Source: Caldisericota bacterium
Lineage (GTDB): Bacteria; Caldisericota; JANLFM01
Assembly (NCBI GenBank): GCA_024655965.1
Contig: JANLFL010000001.1
Location: forward strand, 22,049-86,048
Length of the DNA: 64,000 nt
Direction: 5' to 3'
Shown: positions 18,264 through 27,827 of the stretch, in pieces
How positions within the stretch are numbered: the stretch's first letter is position 1
Layout: each line of letters starts with the position of its first letter
Notes under the pieces: generated by a model
Seen by the model: the letters and a program-made list of their open reading frames with translations, nothing else
Databases searched by the model: none
Told to the model about the DNA's origin: nothing
Made by a program: the position numbers and the translations under genes

Positions 18264-18905
18264 CTAAAGCGGGAAGAGCCCAAATTCCCCGGTTCTAAGA
18301 AGGGTAAGGACAATCAGAAAGAGAATTGGCCCCAGGGAGACGAGAAGTGCGGGACCAAGTTGAAGATCCTCCGTTTCTGCCAGGACCCCCGTCAAGAGGT
18401 AAACATGGAACAACAGGAAGATGATCAAGAAGATCAAGTCCGTAACCTTTGAGGGGATCAAGGAAAGCGCGGCATAAGGAACGAATGCTAACCAGGCCAC
18501 CCCGACCGCTAAAGCCATGTCTTTCAAGGGCGCGCCTTTTCCCTTGAAAAGCACCGCCATCAGACTCAAAGCGGTGGTCTCAAAAAGCCAAATCAGGAAG
18601 GGGGCAAAAAGCATGTAGAAGAACAGCCGGGCAACTACCCCCCCGGAGACATTTCTTAAGTCAATTAGAATGGCAATTCCCCCGAAAAGGCCAACCGCAA
18701 TAACACAAGCAAGGGCAAGCCACCACATTTTCTTTGAGATAACCGCGGCAAAGGCCTCCTTGGGATTGATGATGAAGTTCAGGAAGAATTTCCCCCAATC
18801 GAAACCCCCTGCCCGGACAACCGGAGCAGCAAGAGAAGTCCCGCAATTAGGACAGACCTGGCCTCCAGGGGGGATTTCGGCCCCACAATTGGGACAATAT
18901 GGCAT
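18264..18905 (-). CDS. zinc-ribbon plus Yip1-like polytopic membrane protein
   Basis: N-terminal CPNCGAEIPPGGQVCPNCG, followed by five hydrophobic helices. Confidence 0.5.
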   Translation of the reverse strand: MPYCPNCGAEIPPGGQVCPNCGTSLAAPVVRAGGFDWGKFFLNFIINPKEAFAAVISKKMWWLALACVIAVGLFGGIAILIDLRNVSGGVVARLFFYMLFAPFLIWLFETTALSLMAVLFKGKGAPLKDMALAVGVAWLAFVPYAALSLIPSKVTDLIFLIIFLLFHVYLLTGVLAETEDLQLGPALLVSLGPILFLIVLTLLRTGEFGLFPL

Positions 18906-19025
18906 TTATTGATCCTCCTTTCTCCAAAAGCCTTGTTGCCTTTATTTTAGACCCCTCAAGGGAGCCTGGCAAGATTAGGAAATAAAAAAAGGAAAAAAGG
19001 AAAAAATTAATAATCAGAAAGGTCC

Positions 19026-19310
19026 TTAATAAAGGTGAAAAAAACGGGTCAAGAAAAGATAAAGACCGCTTGTTAAAGCGGAAAAGGGAAGGACCAAAAG
19101 CCAATTTACCCCGAGAATGTTCCAGGGCATCACCTCACCCAATAGCCATTGAGCGAGAAACGCCCCGAGAAAGCCAGCAACCATTGAGGCGAGAACCCCA
19201 CCTGGTGCTTTACCTTTAGCGATTAAAAAATCCATCAGGAATCCCACAAGGCCCCCCAAGGTCAGGACCATCACCCAAATAAAAATTCCCCAATCCCTGA
19301 TGTTAGTCAT
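19026..19310 (-). CDS. GlsB/YeaQ/YmgE-family small membrane protein
   Basis: 94 aa, three TM helices with Gly-rich GGLVGFL and VAGFLGAFLAQW motifs. Confidence 0.65.
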   Translation of the reverse strand: MTNIRDWGIFIWVMVLTLGGLVGFLMDFLIAKGKAPGGVLASMVAGFLGAFLAQWLLGEVMPWNILGVNWLLVLPFSALTSGLYLFLTRFFHLY

Positions 19311-19376
19311 GGGTAAAATCTAAAAGATGGGGGGTTCCCGTGTCAATTGAAGGAGAAACCTAACTTCCAATGTTCC

Positions 19377-19405
19377 TTGAACCCACCCCAAAAACCATTT
19401 ATAAT
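19377..19405 (+). promoter_or_regulatory. sigma-70-type promoter of tRNA-Val
   Basis: TTGAAC (19377-19382), 17-nt spacer, TATAAT (19400-19405). The tRNA 5' end is 10 nt downstream. Confidence 0.6.
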
Positions 19406-19414
19406 ACACCCGGA

Positions 19415-19489
19415 GGGCGGTTAGTTCAGCGGTAGAACGCTTCGTTGACACCGAAGAGGTCGTAGGTTCGACTCCTACATCGCCCACCA
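19415..19489 (+). tRNA. tRNA-Val (anticodon GAC), CCA encoded
   Basis: Hand-folded cloverleaf: acceptor GGGCGGT/ATCGCCC (one G-U pair), D arm GTTC/GAAC, anticodon arm CTTCG-TTGACAC-CGAAG, T arm GTAGG-TTCGACT-CCTAC, then discriminator A and CCA. 75 nt. Confidence 0.95.
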
Positions 19490-19550
19490 TTTTTTTAAAG
19501 GAAACTCCAAATAACCTTCCTGCTATCATATAGATAATCAGGGATGAAAA

Positions 19551-20720
19551 ATGCCAACTTTCATTGATCTTCTGTTAAAGGAAATCTCCCAAAAAGCTCC
19601 CTCCCTTTTCAGGTTGTGGGAGAGACAGGCCTTGAGCAAGGAGGAGGAAACCCTATTTCAAAGGGCCCGGGACATCTGGTTGGCCGTTCCTGCAAGCCCT
19701 GGCAATCCTTCAGTTAAAGCTTTTGCCTGCGATGGTTCCATGATTGAGCGCTCCTTCAACAATGGGGCGACCATCTTCATCGGGCAGGCTCTACTCATTG
19801 GAAATGCCATCGAAGAAAAAAACCTAAGGGTGGACTTATTCAGGGGAGGCATGGAAAGGGGGACAATCGATCGGTTAAATTCCATTTTTCTTAAAGAATT
19901 GGAAGTCTCCCTTTGCTTGGAAAACATGGAATTGATGGAGGGAGGTGTCCTTTTCCTCGACGGGTCCCTGTATAGCACCCTCCCTCACCTCCTCTACCCC
20001 GTTTCCGGAGGGAGGGAGATTAGTCCACCGGATCCTGCACTTGACCTCCTGGAAAAAATCCTCCGCCTCCTGGAAAAAGCGGAGGAATTTAAAGTGAAAA
20101 TTATCTGTTTATCCAAGTCCTCTCACGATCTCCTCCTGTCCCGGAAACTTTACTTCAAAAGCTTAGAAGATGATATCCCCGAGGAGGAACTCCTAAAGCC
20201 TCAAGGGGAAGTCATTTCAGATTCAGAACTTCTCTTTCGTTCCACAAAAGAGCCCGGCTTTTCCCGCCCCCTGATGGTGGGGAAAATGTCCTTCTACCCC
20301 AGGCACTCCGCTCTTTTTTTGAACTTCAGGGAATTAGCCAAAAGGTTCTCCCCGGAGGAGGAAAAGGCCTTGCAAATCCTTGAAAAAATCTTGGACTCCC
20401 CCGCCCACGGCATTCTCTACTGGAGGCCATCAAAGGAAGACGATCCCATTCGGGTGGATTTCCCGTGGACCTTTGAGGATGAGAGGATTCCCTTGAGGGA
20501 GATTTTCGGAATTTTTCCCCGGGATGTTGAGAAGGTCTTCCCCATCCTTTCTCAGGTTCAAAGTTTCTACGGTGGGCCCAACGTTTACAATGCCCTTCTA
20601 TGGCAAGCGGACAGGGGGGTCCGGTTAACCAAGGAATTATCCGAAATTTACCTCGGGGTCATCAGCTCTAAGCTCGGGGAAAGGCTCAAGCTGGACCGAT
20701 CCTCCCGGAGGTTCCTTTAA
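19551..20720 (+). CDS. nurA: NurA-domain 5'-3' nuclease
   Basis: 389 aa. NurA-type acidic motifs FACDGSMIE and VLFLDGSLY. This is the usual partner of HerA. Confidence 0.65.
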   Translation: MPTFIDLLLKEISQKAPSLFRLWERQALSKEEETLFQRARDIWLAVPASPGNPSVKAFACDGSMIERSFNNGATIFIGQALLIGNAIEEKNLRVDLFRGGMERGTIDRLNSIFLKELEVSLCLENMELMEGGVLFLDGSLYSTLPHLLYPVSGGREISPPDPALDLLEKILRLLEKAEEFKVKIICLSKSSHDLLLSRKLYFKSLEDDIPEEELLKPQGEVISDSELLFRSTKEPGFSRPLMVGKMSFYPRHSALFLNFRELAKRFSPEEEKALQILEKILDSPAHGILYWRPSKEDDPIRVDFPWTFEDERIPLREIFGIFPRDVEKVFPILSQVQSFYGGPNVYNALLWQADRGVRLTKELSEIYLGVISSKLGERLKLDRSSRRFL

Positions 20721-20726
20721 ACATCA

Positions 20727-22091
20727 TCAAAAATACTTCTCGAGTTCAGAGGGGTGAACAGAAAAAAGGATTTCCTTGGCTTCTTCCCTTTTCATTTTAA
20801 TCCACCGCTCGAGGAGCAGTTCTGGAAAGACCCCATCCCGGGTTAAAAATTCGTAATCCTCCTCCAATGAATCGAGGGCTTCATCGAGGGATCTGGGAAG
20901 AAATTTGATCTTCCCCTCCTGAAATCCCGGAGGAGAATCCCCATCAAAGGGCCCAAGACCTTCACTTTGAGGATCGATCTCTTCCTCTATTCCGTCAAGT
21001 CCAGCAAGGAGGATGGAGCTAAGGCAAAGATAGGGATTGCAAGTGGAATCCGGGGGGCGGTACTCAAACCTGGTTTCCTGGGGGTCTGCCACATATCCCG
21101 GGATCCGGCAGGCGGAATTCCGATTCCCCTTACCAAAGGTAATGCTGGTTGGCGCCTCGAATCCCGGGACCAACCGCTTATAAGAATTGGTGCTGGGATT
21201 GCTGAAGGCACAAAGGCTCCGGGAGTGCTTCAGCACTCCCCCCATGAAGTACAGCCCAATTTTACTGAAGTTTGAATAAGGAGAGGTTTCCGAATAAAAA
21301 ATGTTCTCTTCCTTTACCTTTAAGAAACAGTGAAGATGCCAGCCATTTCCTGGAACTCCCTGAATGGGTTTGGGCATGAAGGTCAGGAAAAGACCAAAAT
21401 CCCGGGCGAGATTTTTTAAGGCATAGCGAATGAGGATGGCATCATCACAGGTTTTTAAAAGCGACTCGAAGAGAGTCTCGATTTCCTGCTGGCCAATTCC
21501 TCCCCCTTCATGATGGTGGTATTTAACAGAGATCTTCAATTTCTCTAAAACCTTGGAGGCTTGATCCCTGAATTGAGCTGACCTTTCCTGGGGAAGGTCG
21601 GCATGATACCCCTCCTTTATATTTTCCAGAGGGGTGATCTCCAATTTTAGAGAAAGCTCGTCCCTAAAAAGTTGAAAACCCTGGAACAGGTAAAACTCGT
21701 ACTCAGGACCCCAGAAAGACACCGCGTCTTTTACTTTTTTGAAAAGAAGGGCTTCGGCTTTCTTCGCCACGAGGCGGCAATCGAGAGGAAAGGGCGTCCT
21801 TTCCCGGTCAGGAAGGTGCATTGTGGCAAAGCATGAAAGCACGCTTTGCTCCCGAAATGGGTCCTTGAAGCAGGTTGATAGGTCGGGGATCAATACAAGG
21901 TCAGAGGATTCAACCGAGGATAACCCGTAAGAACTGGCATCGAATCCTATTCCTTCGGTTAAAACTTTGGAAGAGATGGAACTCGAGGGAAGGGAAAGGT
22001 GCCTGAGGTTCCCAAAAAGATCCACGGTTTTTAAATCGAGAAAATCGACCCCCTCCCTATCAAGAAGGACCTTAAGCGCGTGAAAATCCAT
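20727..22091 (-). CDS. glnA: glutamine synthetase (type I-like)
   Basis: 454 aa. Motifs FMPKP..GVPGNGWHLH, NPSTNSYKRLVPGFEAP and NRNSACRIP. Confidence 0.85.
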   Translation of the reverse strand: MDFHALKVLLDREGVDFLDLKTVDLFGNLRHLSLPSSSISSKVLTEGIGFDASSYGLSSVESSDLVLIPDLSTCFKDPFREQSVLSCFATMHLPDRERTPFPLDCRLVAKKAEALLFKKVKDAVSFWGPEYEFYLFQGFQLFRDELSLKLEITPLENIKEGYHADLPQERSAQFRDQASKVLEKLKISVKYHHHEGGGIGQQEIETLFESLLKTCDDAILIRYALKNLARDFGLFLTFMPKPIQGVPGNGWHLHCFLKVKEENIFYSETSPYSNFSKIGLYFMGGVLKHSRSLCAFSNPSTNSYKRLVPGFEAPTSITFGKGNRNSACRIPGYVADPQETRFEYRPPDSTCNPYLCLSSILLAGLDGIEEEIDPQSEGLGPFDGDSPPGFQEGKIKFLPRSLDEALDSLEEDYEFLTRDGVFPELLLERWIKMKREEAKEILFSVHPSELEKYF

Positions 22092-22161
22092 TTTTCTTCC
22101 TCCGGTTGGTGGTACTTGAATTATAACAGAGCAAACCTCGGGAGGGAAAAGTGTCCTATCT

Positions 22162-23478
22162 TCAAGACTTCAAAAAGACGCAGGTCTCCACATGAAAGGT
22201 GTGAGGGAAAAAGTCGAAGGGAATCACTTCAATTATTTGGAAGGGGAATAATTGTTGAAGGTCCCGGGCGAGGGTTGCAGGGTTACAGGAGACGTAAACC
22301 AAAAAAGGAGGGGGCGAGCAATTCAATACCTGCAATAACTTGGGATGGAGCCCTGAGCGGGGAGGGTCAACCACCACCAGGTCAAACTGGCCCAAATCAT
22401 TGATTTCTGAGGCATCCCCCTCCATGAATTTCAAGTTCTCCAATCCGTTCAGGAGGGCGTTTTCCCTCGCGTCGGAAATCGCCTGAGGGATTTTTTCGAT
22501 CCCCCATACTTCCCGGGAAACCTCCTTGAGAAAGCAGGCAATGGTCCCGGTTCCGCAATATAGATCCAGGACTTTTTTTGGAGATACCTCCCGAGCAAAA
22601 TCTCGGATTTTCTGATAAAGGGCCTGGGCTTGAAGGGAGTTCGTTTGAAAAAAAGAAGAGGGGGAAATGCGGAAGCGAAGCCCGCCAATTTCCTCAAGAA
22701 TGAAACCTGGACCCTTGATTATCTCCTCGCTGTCCACATGATGGCTGTCTCCCCAGGAACGATTTATGGTGAAAACCACGGTGGAATCCCCAAAAATTGA
22801 GGCAAATGCTTCTTTTGCCTGGGGGGAAATTTCCTCTCCCAGGACAAGGTTAACCAGGAGATCCCCCTTTAGGGACCTTCTGATTACAAGATTGCGAAGG
22901 GCTCCTTTATGTTCCCTCAGATTCCAGACGGAAATCCCAAAATCAAAAGCCCAGTTCCTTACGGAAGGAAAGAATTCTTCGATCGAGAAGGAGGAAATGG
23001 GGCACTCCTTAAGGTTTATTACCCGACGGAAGTCCCCTCTGGGATGAAGCCCTAACGAAATTTCTCCCTCCTCTTTAAAGGTGAATTCCATTTTGTTGCG
23101 GTATCCCCAGAGGCGAGGGGAAGGAACGCATTCCTGGATTTCAGGGAATTCCAGGCCTCCGATCCGAGAAAGCGATTCCTCAAGGAATCCCCTTTTTGCC
23201 TCAAGTTGAAGGTCATAGGAGGCATACTGGAGGGAGCAACCACCGCATTCCCCGAAATGCATGCACCGGGGCTGGACTCTGAAATTTGATGGTTGAAGCA
23301 CCTCCAACAATTTCGCCCGGAGGAAATCCTTCTTGACCTTGGTGATCAAGGCCTCGACTTTTTCTCCCGGAAGGCCTCCTCCAATTATCACGGCCCTTCC
23401 ATCAGGGGCGTGGGAAAGGGCAACTCCCTCAAAAATTAACTTTTCGATTTCCAGGTTCAGGGTCTCACCTTTTTGCAT
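22162..23478 (-). CDS. rlmD: 23S rRNA (uracil-C5)-methyltransferase, RlmD/RumA family
   Basis: TRAM-like N terminus, Fe-S cysteines CMHFGECGGCSLQ, SAM motif LDLYCGTGT, and DPPRSG. I prefer ATG 23478 over the upstream GTG 23532, which would overlap the divergent gene. Confidence 0.75.
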   Translation of the reverse strand: MQKGETLNLEIEKLIFEGVALSHAPDGRAVIIGGGLPGEKVEALITKVKKDFLRAKLLEVLQPSNFRVQPRCMHFGECGGCSLQYASYDLQLEAKRGFLEESLSRIGGLEFPEIQECVPSPRLWGYRNKMEFTFKEEGEISLGLHPRGDFRRVINLKECPISSFSIEEFFPSVRNWAFDFGISVWNLREHKGALRNLVIRRSLKGDLLVNLVLGEEISPQAKEAFASIFGDSTVVFTINRSWGDSHHVDSEEIIKGPGFILEEIGGLRFRISPSSFFQTNSLQAQALYQKIRDFAREVSPKKVLDLYCGTGTIACFLKEVSREVWGIEKIPQAISDARENALLNGLENLKFMEGDASEINDLGQFDLVVVDPPRSGLHPKLLQVLNCSPPPFLVYVSCNPATLARDLQQLFPFQIIEVIPFDFFPHTFHVETCVFLKS

Positions 23479-23518
23479 AATATAAGAGTACAAAAAATGA
23501 AGGGCTGGAGAAAATAAA

Positions 23519-24259
23519 ATGCTGGATTTCACCTCTGATCCTTACAGGACTTTAGCCCCTGTTTACGATTCACTGGGGCTTTCGGGGGAAAGCGAAGCTT
23601 ACATCAAAAAGGTTTTGGAAGCCATGGATAAACTCCCTTCCGGGGCCAAATCCCTCGATCTCGGATGCGGGACAGGAAAGGTCTCCATCCTTCTTTCCCT
23701 TTCAGGTTGGAGCGCTGAAGGGGTGGATATTTCCAGTGAAATGATCGCCATGGCCCGACTTCAAGCCCTGGAAGCCCAGGCGTTAGTGGATTTCAAAAAA
23801 CAGGACTTGAGAGCGATCGACATCAAGGAGAAATTCGATCTGGTAACCTGCTTTCGGACCCTCAACCACTTGAATGAAGAAGAGGAGATCGAAGCTTCAA
23901 TCAGGGCCATCAGCCGGTCATTGAAAAGAGGAGGTTTTTTCGCCTGCGATTTTTTCTTTCCCCGGGCTTTCCCTCAAGAGTTCACCAGGGTCCTGATGTC
24001 CCCTGGTGTTTACCTGATTGAAAAGGGCTCCCCGAAGAAGGAGGACCTTCTTGAGCGGTTCTGCATCATCTTCAAGAAAAAGGGGGAGCTTTTTGAAAAA
24101 AAGGAGTGCTCCATCCTGGAACGAGGCTATTCCAAGGACTTCCTCCTCAAGACTGCCCAGAACCACGGCTTAAAACTGATTAAAACCTGGGGAATCAAAG
24201 AGGGGAAGTTTTTGGAGGAAGAGGAAAAATATAATCTCTTCCTCTTCAGGAGGGACTAA
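23519..24259 (+). CDS. class I SAM-dependent methyltransferase
   Basis: Motif I SLDLGCGTGK and post-I acidic residue. 246 aa. Confidence 0.75.
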   Translation: MLDFTSDPYRTLAPVYDSLGLSGESEAYIKKVLEAMDKLPSGAKSLDLGCGTGKVSILLSLSGWSAEGVDISSEMIAMARLQALEAQALVDFKKQDLRAIDIKEKFDLVTCFRTLNHLNEEEEIEASIRAISRSLKRGGFFACDFFFPRAFPQEFTRVLMSPGVYLIEKGSPKKEDLLERFCIIFKKKGELFEKKECSILERGYSKDFLLKTAQNHGLKLIKTWGIKEGKFLEEEEKYNLFLFRRD

Positions 24260-25221
24260 TACTTCTCCTGTAAAACCCAGTGGGAAATAGTCCAGCGAAG
24301 GGCAAAGATCCCAACCAAAAAGCCAAGCCAGAGATTGAAGAAGCGAATTACCATCACCGATGTGGCCGCTATCTCCACCGGAACAGAACTGGCAAGAAGA
24401 AGGGCCATCAAACTTCCCTCGACAACCACCAATCCTCCCGGGGAGAGGGAGACCCCTCCGGCGATAGAAGAGAGGTTCAGAAAAAAGAGGGCTTCCATAA
24501 AGGTGATCGGGGGGTAAATCTCCTTCAGGAGAAAGTAGAAAGCAAGGGTCTGGAAAAGGGCTGAACAACTGCTCAAAAAGATGGAAAGGGAAAGCATTTT
24601 CCAGGAGAAGGTAAGCTTCACCGCGGAATAAAAGGAATCCAGGGATCCTGCGATATTCTGAAGCTTCTTTTTTGAACGGAGAAAATTGATCAGCGACTTG
24701 ACCCATTTTTCCCGGCTTATGAGGACCATTGCCAGGATAAAGAAACAAAGGAAAGCGAGGAGAAAGGTCCATCCATAGTTGAACTGGATTGCCCCGAAGG
24801 TCGCAAGAAGAGCGATCCCGCTTCCATCGGAAAGCCTCTCAGCGAAAATAACGGGAAGGGTTTTGGAAACCGGAATATCCCGTTTTTCAAGAAGGAAAGA
24901 CTTGACTGCTTCCCCGAGATTTCCAGGGGTTGCGGAAAGGGACAAGCCGGACAGAAAAACGATCAAAGACTCCTGAAAAGAAAGGTGAAAATGAAAAGGG
25001 CGAAGCAAAAATTGCCACCTCAGGAAGCGGAAATAATAATCAAAAGCGGAAAGAATGACCAGGAGAAGGGCGAGTGGGACGGGGAGGTTGAGGATTTTCT
25101 CTCCTACCGCCCGGGCATCACCCCAGAAAAGCAAGCCCACGAAAACCAGAAGCCCGATAATTCCAGCAAGAAGGAGCCTTTTTCTCCAGGATTCCGCTTT
25201 ATGATAGGATTCATTCATCAT
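24256..25221 (-). CDS. flippase-like (lysyl-PG synthase TM-region / UPF0104-like) membrane protein
   Basis: 321 aa, about 8 TM helices. N-terminal pattern LLLAGIIGLLVFVGLLFWGDARAV typical of this family. Confidence 0.45.
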   Translation of the reverse strand: MMNESYHKAESWRKRLLLAGIIGLLVFVGLLFWGDARAVGEKILNLPVPLALLLVILSAFDYYFRFLRWQFLLRPFHFHLSFQESLIVFLSGLSLSATPGNLGEAVKSFLLEKRDIPVSKTLPVIFAERLSDGSGIALLATFGAIQFNYGWTFLLAFLCFFILAMVLISREKWVKSLINFLRSKKKLQNIAGSLDSFYSAVKLTFSWKMLSLSIFLSSCSALFQTLAFYFLLKEIYPPITFMEALFFLNLSSIAGGVSLSPGGLVVVEGSLMALLLASSVPVEIAATSVMVIRFFNLWLGFLVGIFALRWTISHWVLQEKY

Positions 25222-25964
25222 TCCACCTTGATGAAAGAAAGGTCGGGAATGACAAAGTCAAAACAGCCCTTCAATTGTTGGTAACCTCCAGTTCCGGTCA
25301 GAACACCTATTGTGCCTTTCACTCCTGCGTTCTTTCCCATCAGGGCGTCAAGGCAGGAATCGCCCACCACGACCATCTCTCCCGGAGGGATTCCTAACCT
25401 CTGGGAACATTTAAAAATGAAATCCGGGTGAGGTTTGGGATGAGCTACCTCATCCACCCCTATTATGAGGTCAAAATACTTTCCCCAATCCAGGATGGAC
25501 ATCATCCTTTGGGCACGGACGCTTCCATCTCCGGTTGCCAGGACAACCAAGAAATCCCTGGAGTCAAGCTCCCGCAGAAGCTCTTCCGCATGGGGAAGAG
25601 GACGGAGATTTGCCTCAATATCCAGGGAGTCTTCCGCTTCCTGGAAAATCTGATGAGCAAGTTCCCTTGCTGAGGGGAAGGGGACCCCTCTCTGGAAGAT
25701 TAACCCGGCGCAGAGAATTTCCTCCTCAAATCTGGAGGCAGTGTTCAATGGTCCTCCTGGGTCAATGCTCCCGGTTTCCAAATCGTACCCGCAGACCCGG
25801 GCAAAATCCTTTTCCGATTCTGGTCCAAAGCGGGAAATGAAGGCGCGCGCCCTGGCTCTAAAAAGGGATTCCAGGACAAGACGGTAGTCAATTATGGTAC
25901 CGTCTTTATCGAATATCACCGCCCGACAATCAATCAGATTGTCCAGGACTTTTAACCGTCCCAT
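25218..25964 (-). CDS. HAD-superfamily hydrolase
   Basis: Motifs IFDKDGTIID, LATGD and VVGDSCLDALMGKNAG. Confidence 0.7.
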   Translation of the reverse strand: MGRLKVLDNLIDCRAVIFDKDGTIIDYRLVLESLFRARARAFISRFGPESEKDFARVCGYDLETGSIDPGGPLNTASRFEEEILCAGLIFQRGVPFPSARELAHQIFQEAEDSLDIEANLRPLPHAEELLRELDSRDFLVVLATGDGSVRAQRMMSILDWGKYFDLIIGVDEVAHPKPHPDFIFKCSQRLGIPPGEMVVVGDSCLDALMGKNAGVKGTIGVLTGTGGYQQLKGCFDFVIPDLSFIKVE

Positions 25965-25993
25965 GGGCTAATTTTAGCAGGAGAAATGGCTTT

Positions 25994-26842
25994 CTAATAT
26001 TCCGGGGGAAGGCCCTCCAACTCCGAGACCCGGAAAATGGGGCCATCCTTGCAGACGAATTTGGGGCCGATGTTGCACCTACCGCACTTTCCGATTCCGC
26101 ATTTCATCCTTCTTTCAAGGGAGGTGAAGATCTTTTCCTTGGAAATTCCCTTTTCCAGAAGCTTGGGAATGGTTAAGCGAATCATGATCGGGGGACCGCA
26201 AATGAAACAGTTCACCTTTGAAGGATCAACTTCCACTCGGGATACGATATCGGGAACGAAGCCCACCAATCCCGTCCAACCGGGAAATTCCCTATCGACT
26301 GTCAGGAAAAGGTTAATCCCAGGGTTGTTCCTCCATTCATGGAGAAGGTCTTTATAAAGAAGCATGCCAGGGGTCCTGGCCCCATAAACGAGATCCACCT
26401 TCCCAAACCTGTCCCTGAAGCCTTCAAGAAGGTATTTGGTTAAAGAGGCAAGGGTGGTGAAGGCAAAACCCCCGGAGATGATAAACAGATCGGAACCGAA
26501 AAGATCCTCAAAGGGGTACGAATTTCCAAATGGACCCCGAATGCCCACGAGGTCGCCTGTATCAAGCTGATGAATAGCCCTGGTGACCGTGCCCGTTTTG
26601 TTCACCGTTATTTTTATTAATTCTTCATTGGGACTTGAAGCGATTCCAAACGGGCTTTCACCTTTCCCTGGCAAGGAGAGCTCGATGAACTGCCCGGGCT
26701 TAAAGGAGAAGGCTTCCCTATCCTTCTCTTTGAGGAAAGAGAACCAGAGGGTCTTTAAGGAGCGGTCATCGCTTTCAAATCTCACCCTTTCCACCCTTGC
26801 GGGAAAAGGAAGATAAGGATTAGGGTTTGAATTCGGATACAC
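25994..26842 (-). CDS. flxA: FAD/NAD(P)-binding oxidoreductase with C-terminal 2Fe-2S site (FlxA / sulfhydrogenase-gamma-like)
   Basis: Ferredoxin-reductase-type fold (PGQFIELSLPG, SGGFAFT) and the C-terminal motif CGIGKCGRCNIG. Confidence 0.7.
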   Translation of the reverse strand: MYPNSNPNPYLPFPARVERVRFESDDRSLKTLWFSFLKEKDREAFSFKPGQFIELSLPGKGESPFGIASSPNEELIKITVNKTGTVTRAIHQLDTGDLVGIRGPFGNSYPFEDLFGSDLFIISGGFAFTTLASLTKYLLEGFRDRFGKVDLVYGARTPGMLLYKDLLHEWRNNPGINLFLTVDREFPGWTGLVGFVPDIVSRVEVDPSKVNCFICGPPIMIRLTIPKLLEKGISKEKIFTSLERRMKCGIGKCGRCNIGPKFVCKDGPIFRVSELEGLPPEY

Positions 26843-27827
26843 GCCTGATCACCTCCCGAATATCTATCCCGGAAGGACAAACATCGATGCACCTTCCGCA
26901 GCCAGTGCAACCAAGAATGCCAAAGAGATAGGGAATGTAACTGAACTTGTGAAGGAAACGCTGCCTCCATCTTTCCTTTAAACTGGGACGGGGGTTATGC
27001 CCGCTTGCTTCCAGGGTGTATTGATTGAACATGCAGGAGTCGTAGGTCCGGACTCTTTTTCCCGCTGGGCCCAAAGTGATGTCCTGAATATCAAAACAAT
27101 AGCAGGTAGGGCAGTGGTAAGTGCAACTGGCGCACCCCAGGCAGGTTGAACTTATCTCCTCCCAGAGTTCGTCATTGAAGATCAGGGATAAGTATTCCTC
27201 AGGGGAAAGAAGAGGAGGTTCATCTTTTTCCCTCCGGGGAATTATCGCGCATTCGCACTCTCCCTCATCGACTTCCAGGCTATTAAAAGAGAATTTCTCA
27301 AGCCTGGAGGAGATTGCCTGATTCTGGGAAAGAACAGCCCATCCAAAGGTTGTGGGGAAAATTATGGCGTCAGCTCCATTCATCGCTCCGGGTCCATCCC
27401 CAAGGTAATCGCAGAAGCAATTCTCCTGGAATTCTGGGCATGAAACTGAAATAACCAGTGTGTTTTCCCGTCTTTTTTTAAAATAGGGGTCGACCGGCTG
27501 GGTCTTTAAAAAATTGGCTTCCAGAACCTGGATCCCCCGGCAATCGCAAGGCCGAATCCCAAGAATAATGCGGGGTTTTTCCTCAAAAACGGGCTCTTGA
27601 ACATCCTTTCCCCGGAGGAAGTAGAAAATGGTTTCTTCAGGAGGAAGAAGGAGCTCCTTGGCGGAAAACGTCGTCCGGTCAAATTTAAAATCAGGGGGAA
27701 TGGCTTCATAAGGGACCTCTTTCAATGGTACCTTTTCGCCATCCTTAACGGGAACGAAAAATGAATACTCGGAGAATTCCCCAAAACCCTTCAGGAGGTC
27801 CTGGGGATAAAATTTCAGGAGCAACAT
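26820..27827 (-). CDS. 4Fe-4S dicluster protein (FlxB/C-type; sulfhydrogenase-beta/AsrA-like)
   Basis: Motifs CLGCASCTYHCPTCYC and CTGCGRCIDVCP. Overlaps both neighbours. Confidence 0.65.
   Translation of the reverse strand: MLLLKFYPQDLLKGFGEFSEYSFFVPVKDGEKVPLKEVPYEAIPPDFKFDRTTFSAKELLLPPEETIFYFLRGKDVQEPVFEEKPRIILGIRPCDCRGIQVLEANFLKTQPVDPYFKKRRENTLVISVSCPEFQENCFCDYLGDGPGAMNGADAIIFPTTFGWAVLSQNQAISSRLEKFSFNSLEVDEGECECAIIPRREKDEPPLLSPEEYLSLIFNDELWEEISSTCLGCASCTYHCPTCYCFDIQDITLGPAGKRVRTYDSCMFNQYTLEASGHNPRPSLKERWRQRFLHKFSYIPYLFGILGCTGCGRCIDVCPSGIDIREVIRRVSEFKP

Noticed and set aside
18940-19025. A/G-rich repetitive stretch (aaaaaaaggaaaaaaggaaaaaatt)
   Set aside because: It is a simple low-complexity intergenic tract. 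There is no repeat-spacer periodicity, so it is not a CRISPR array or a mobile-element end.
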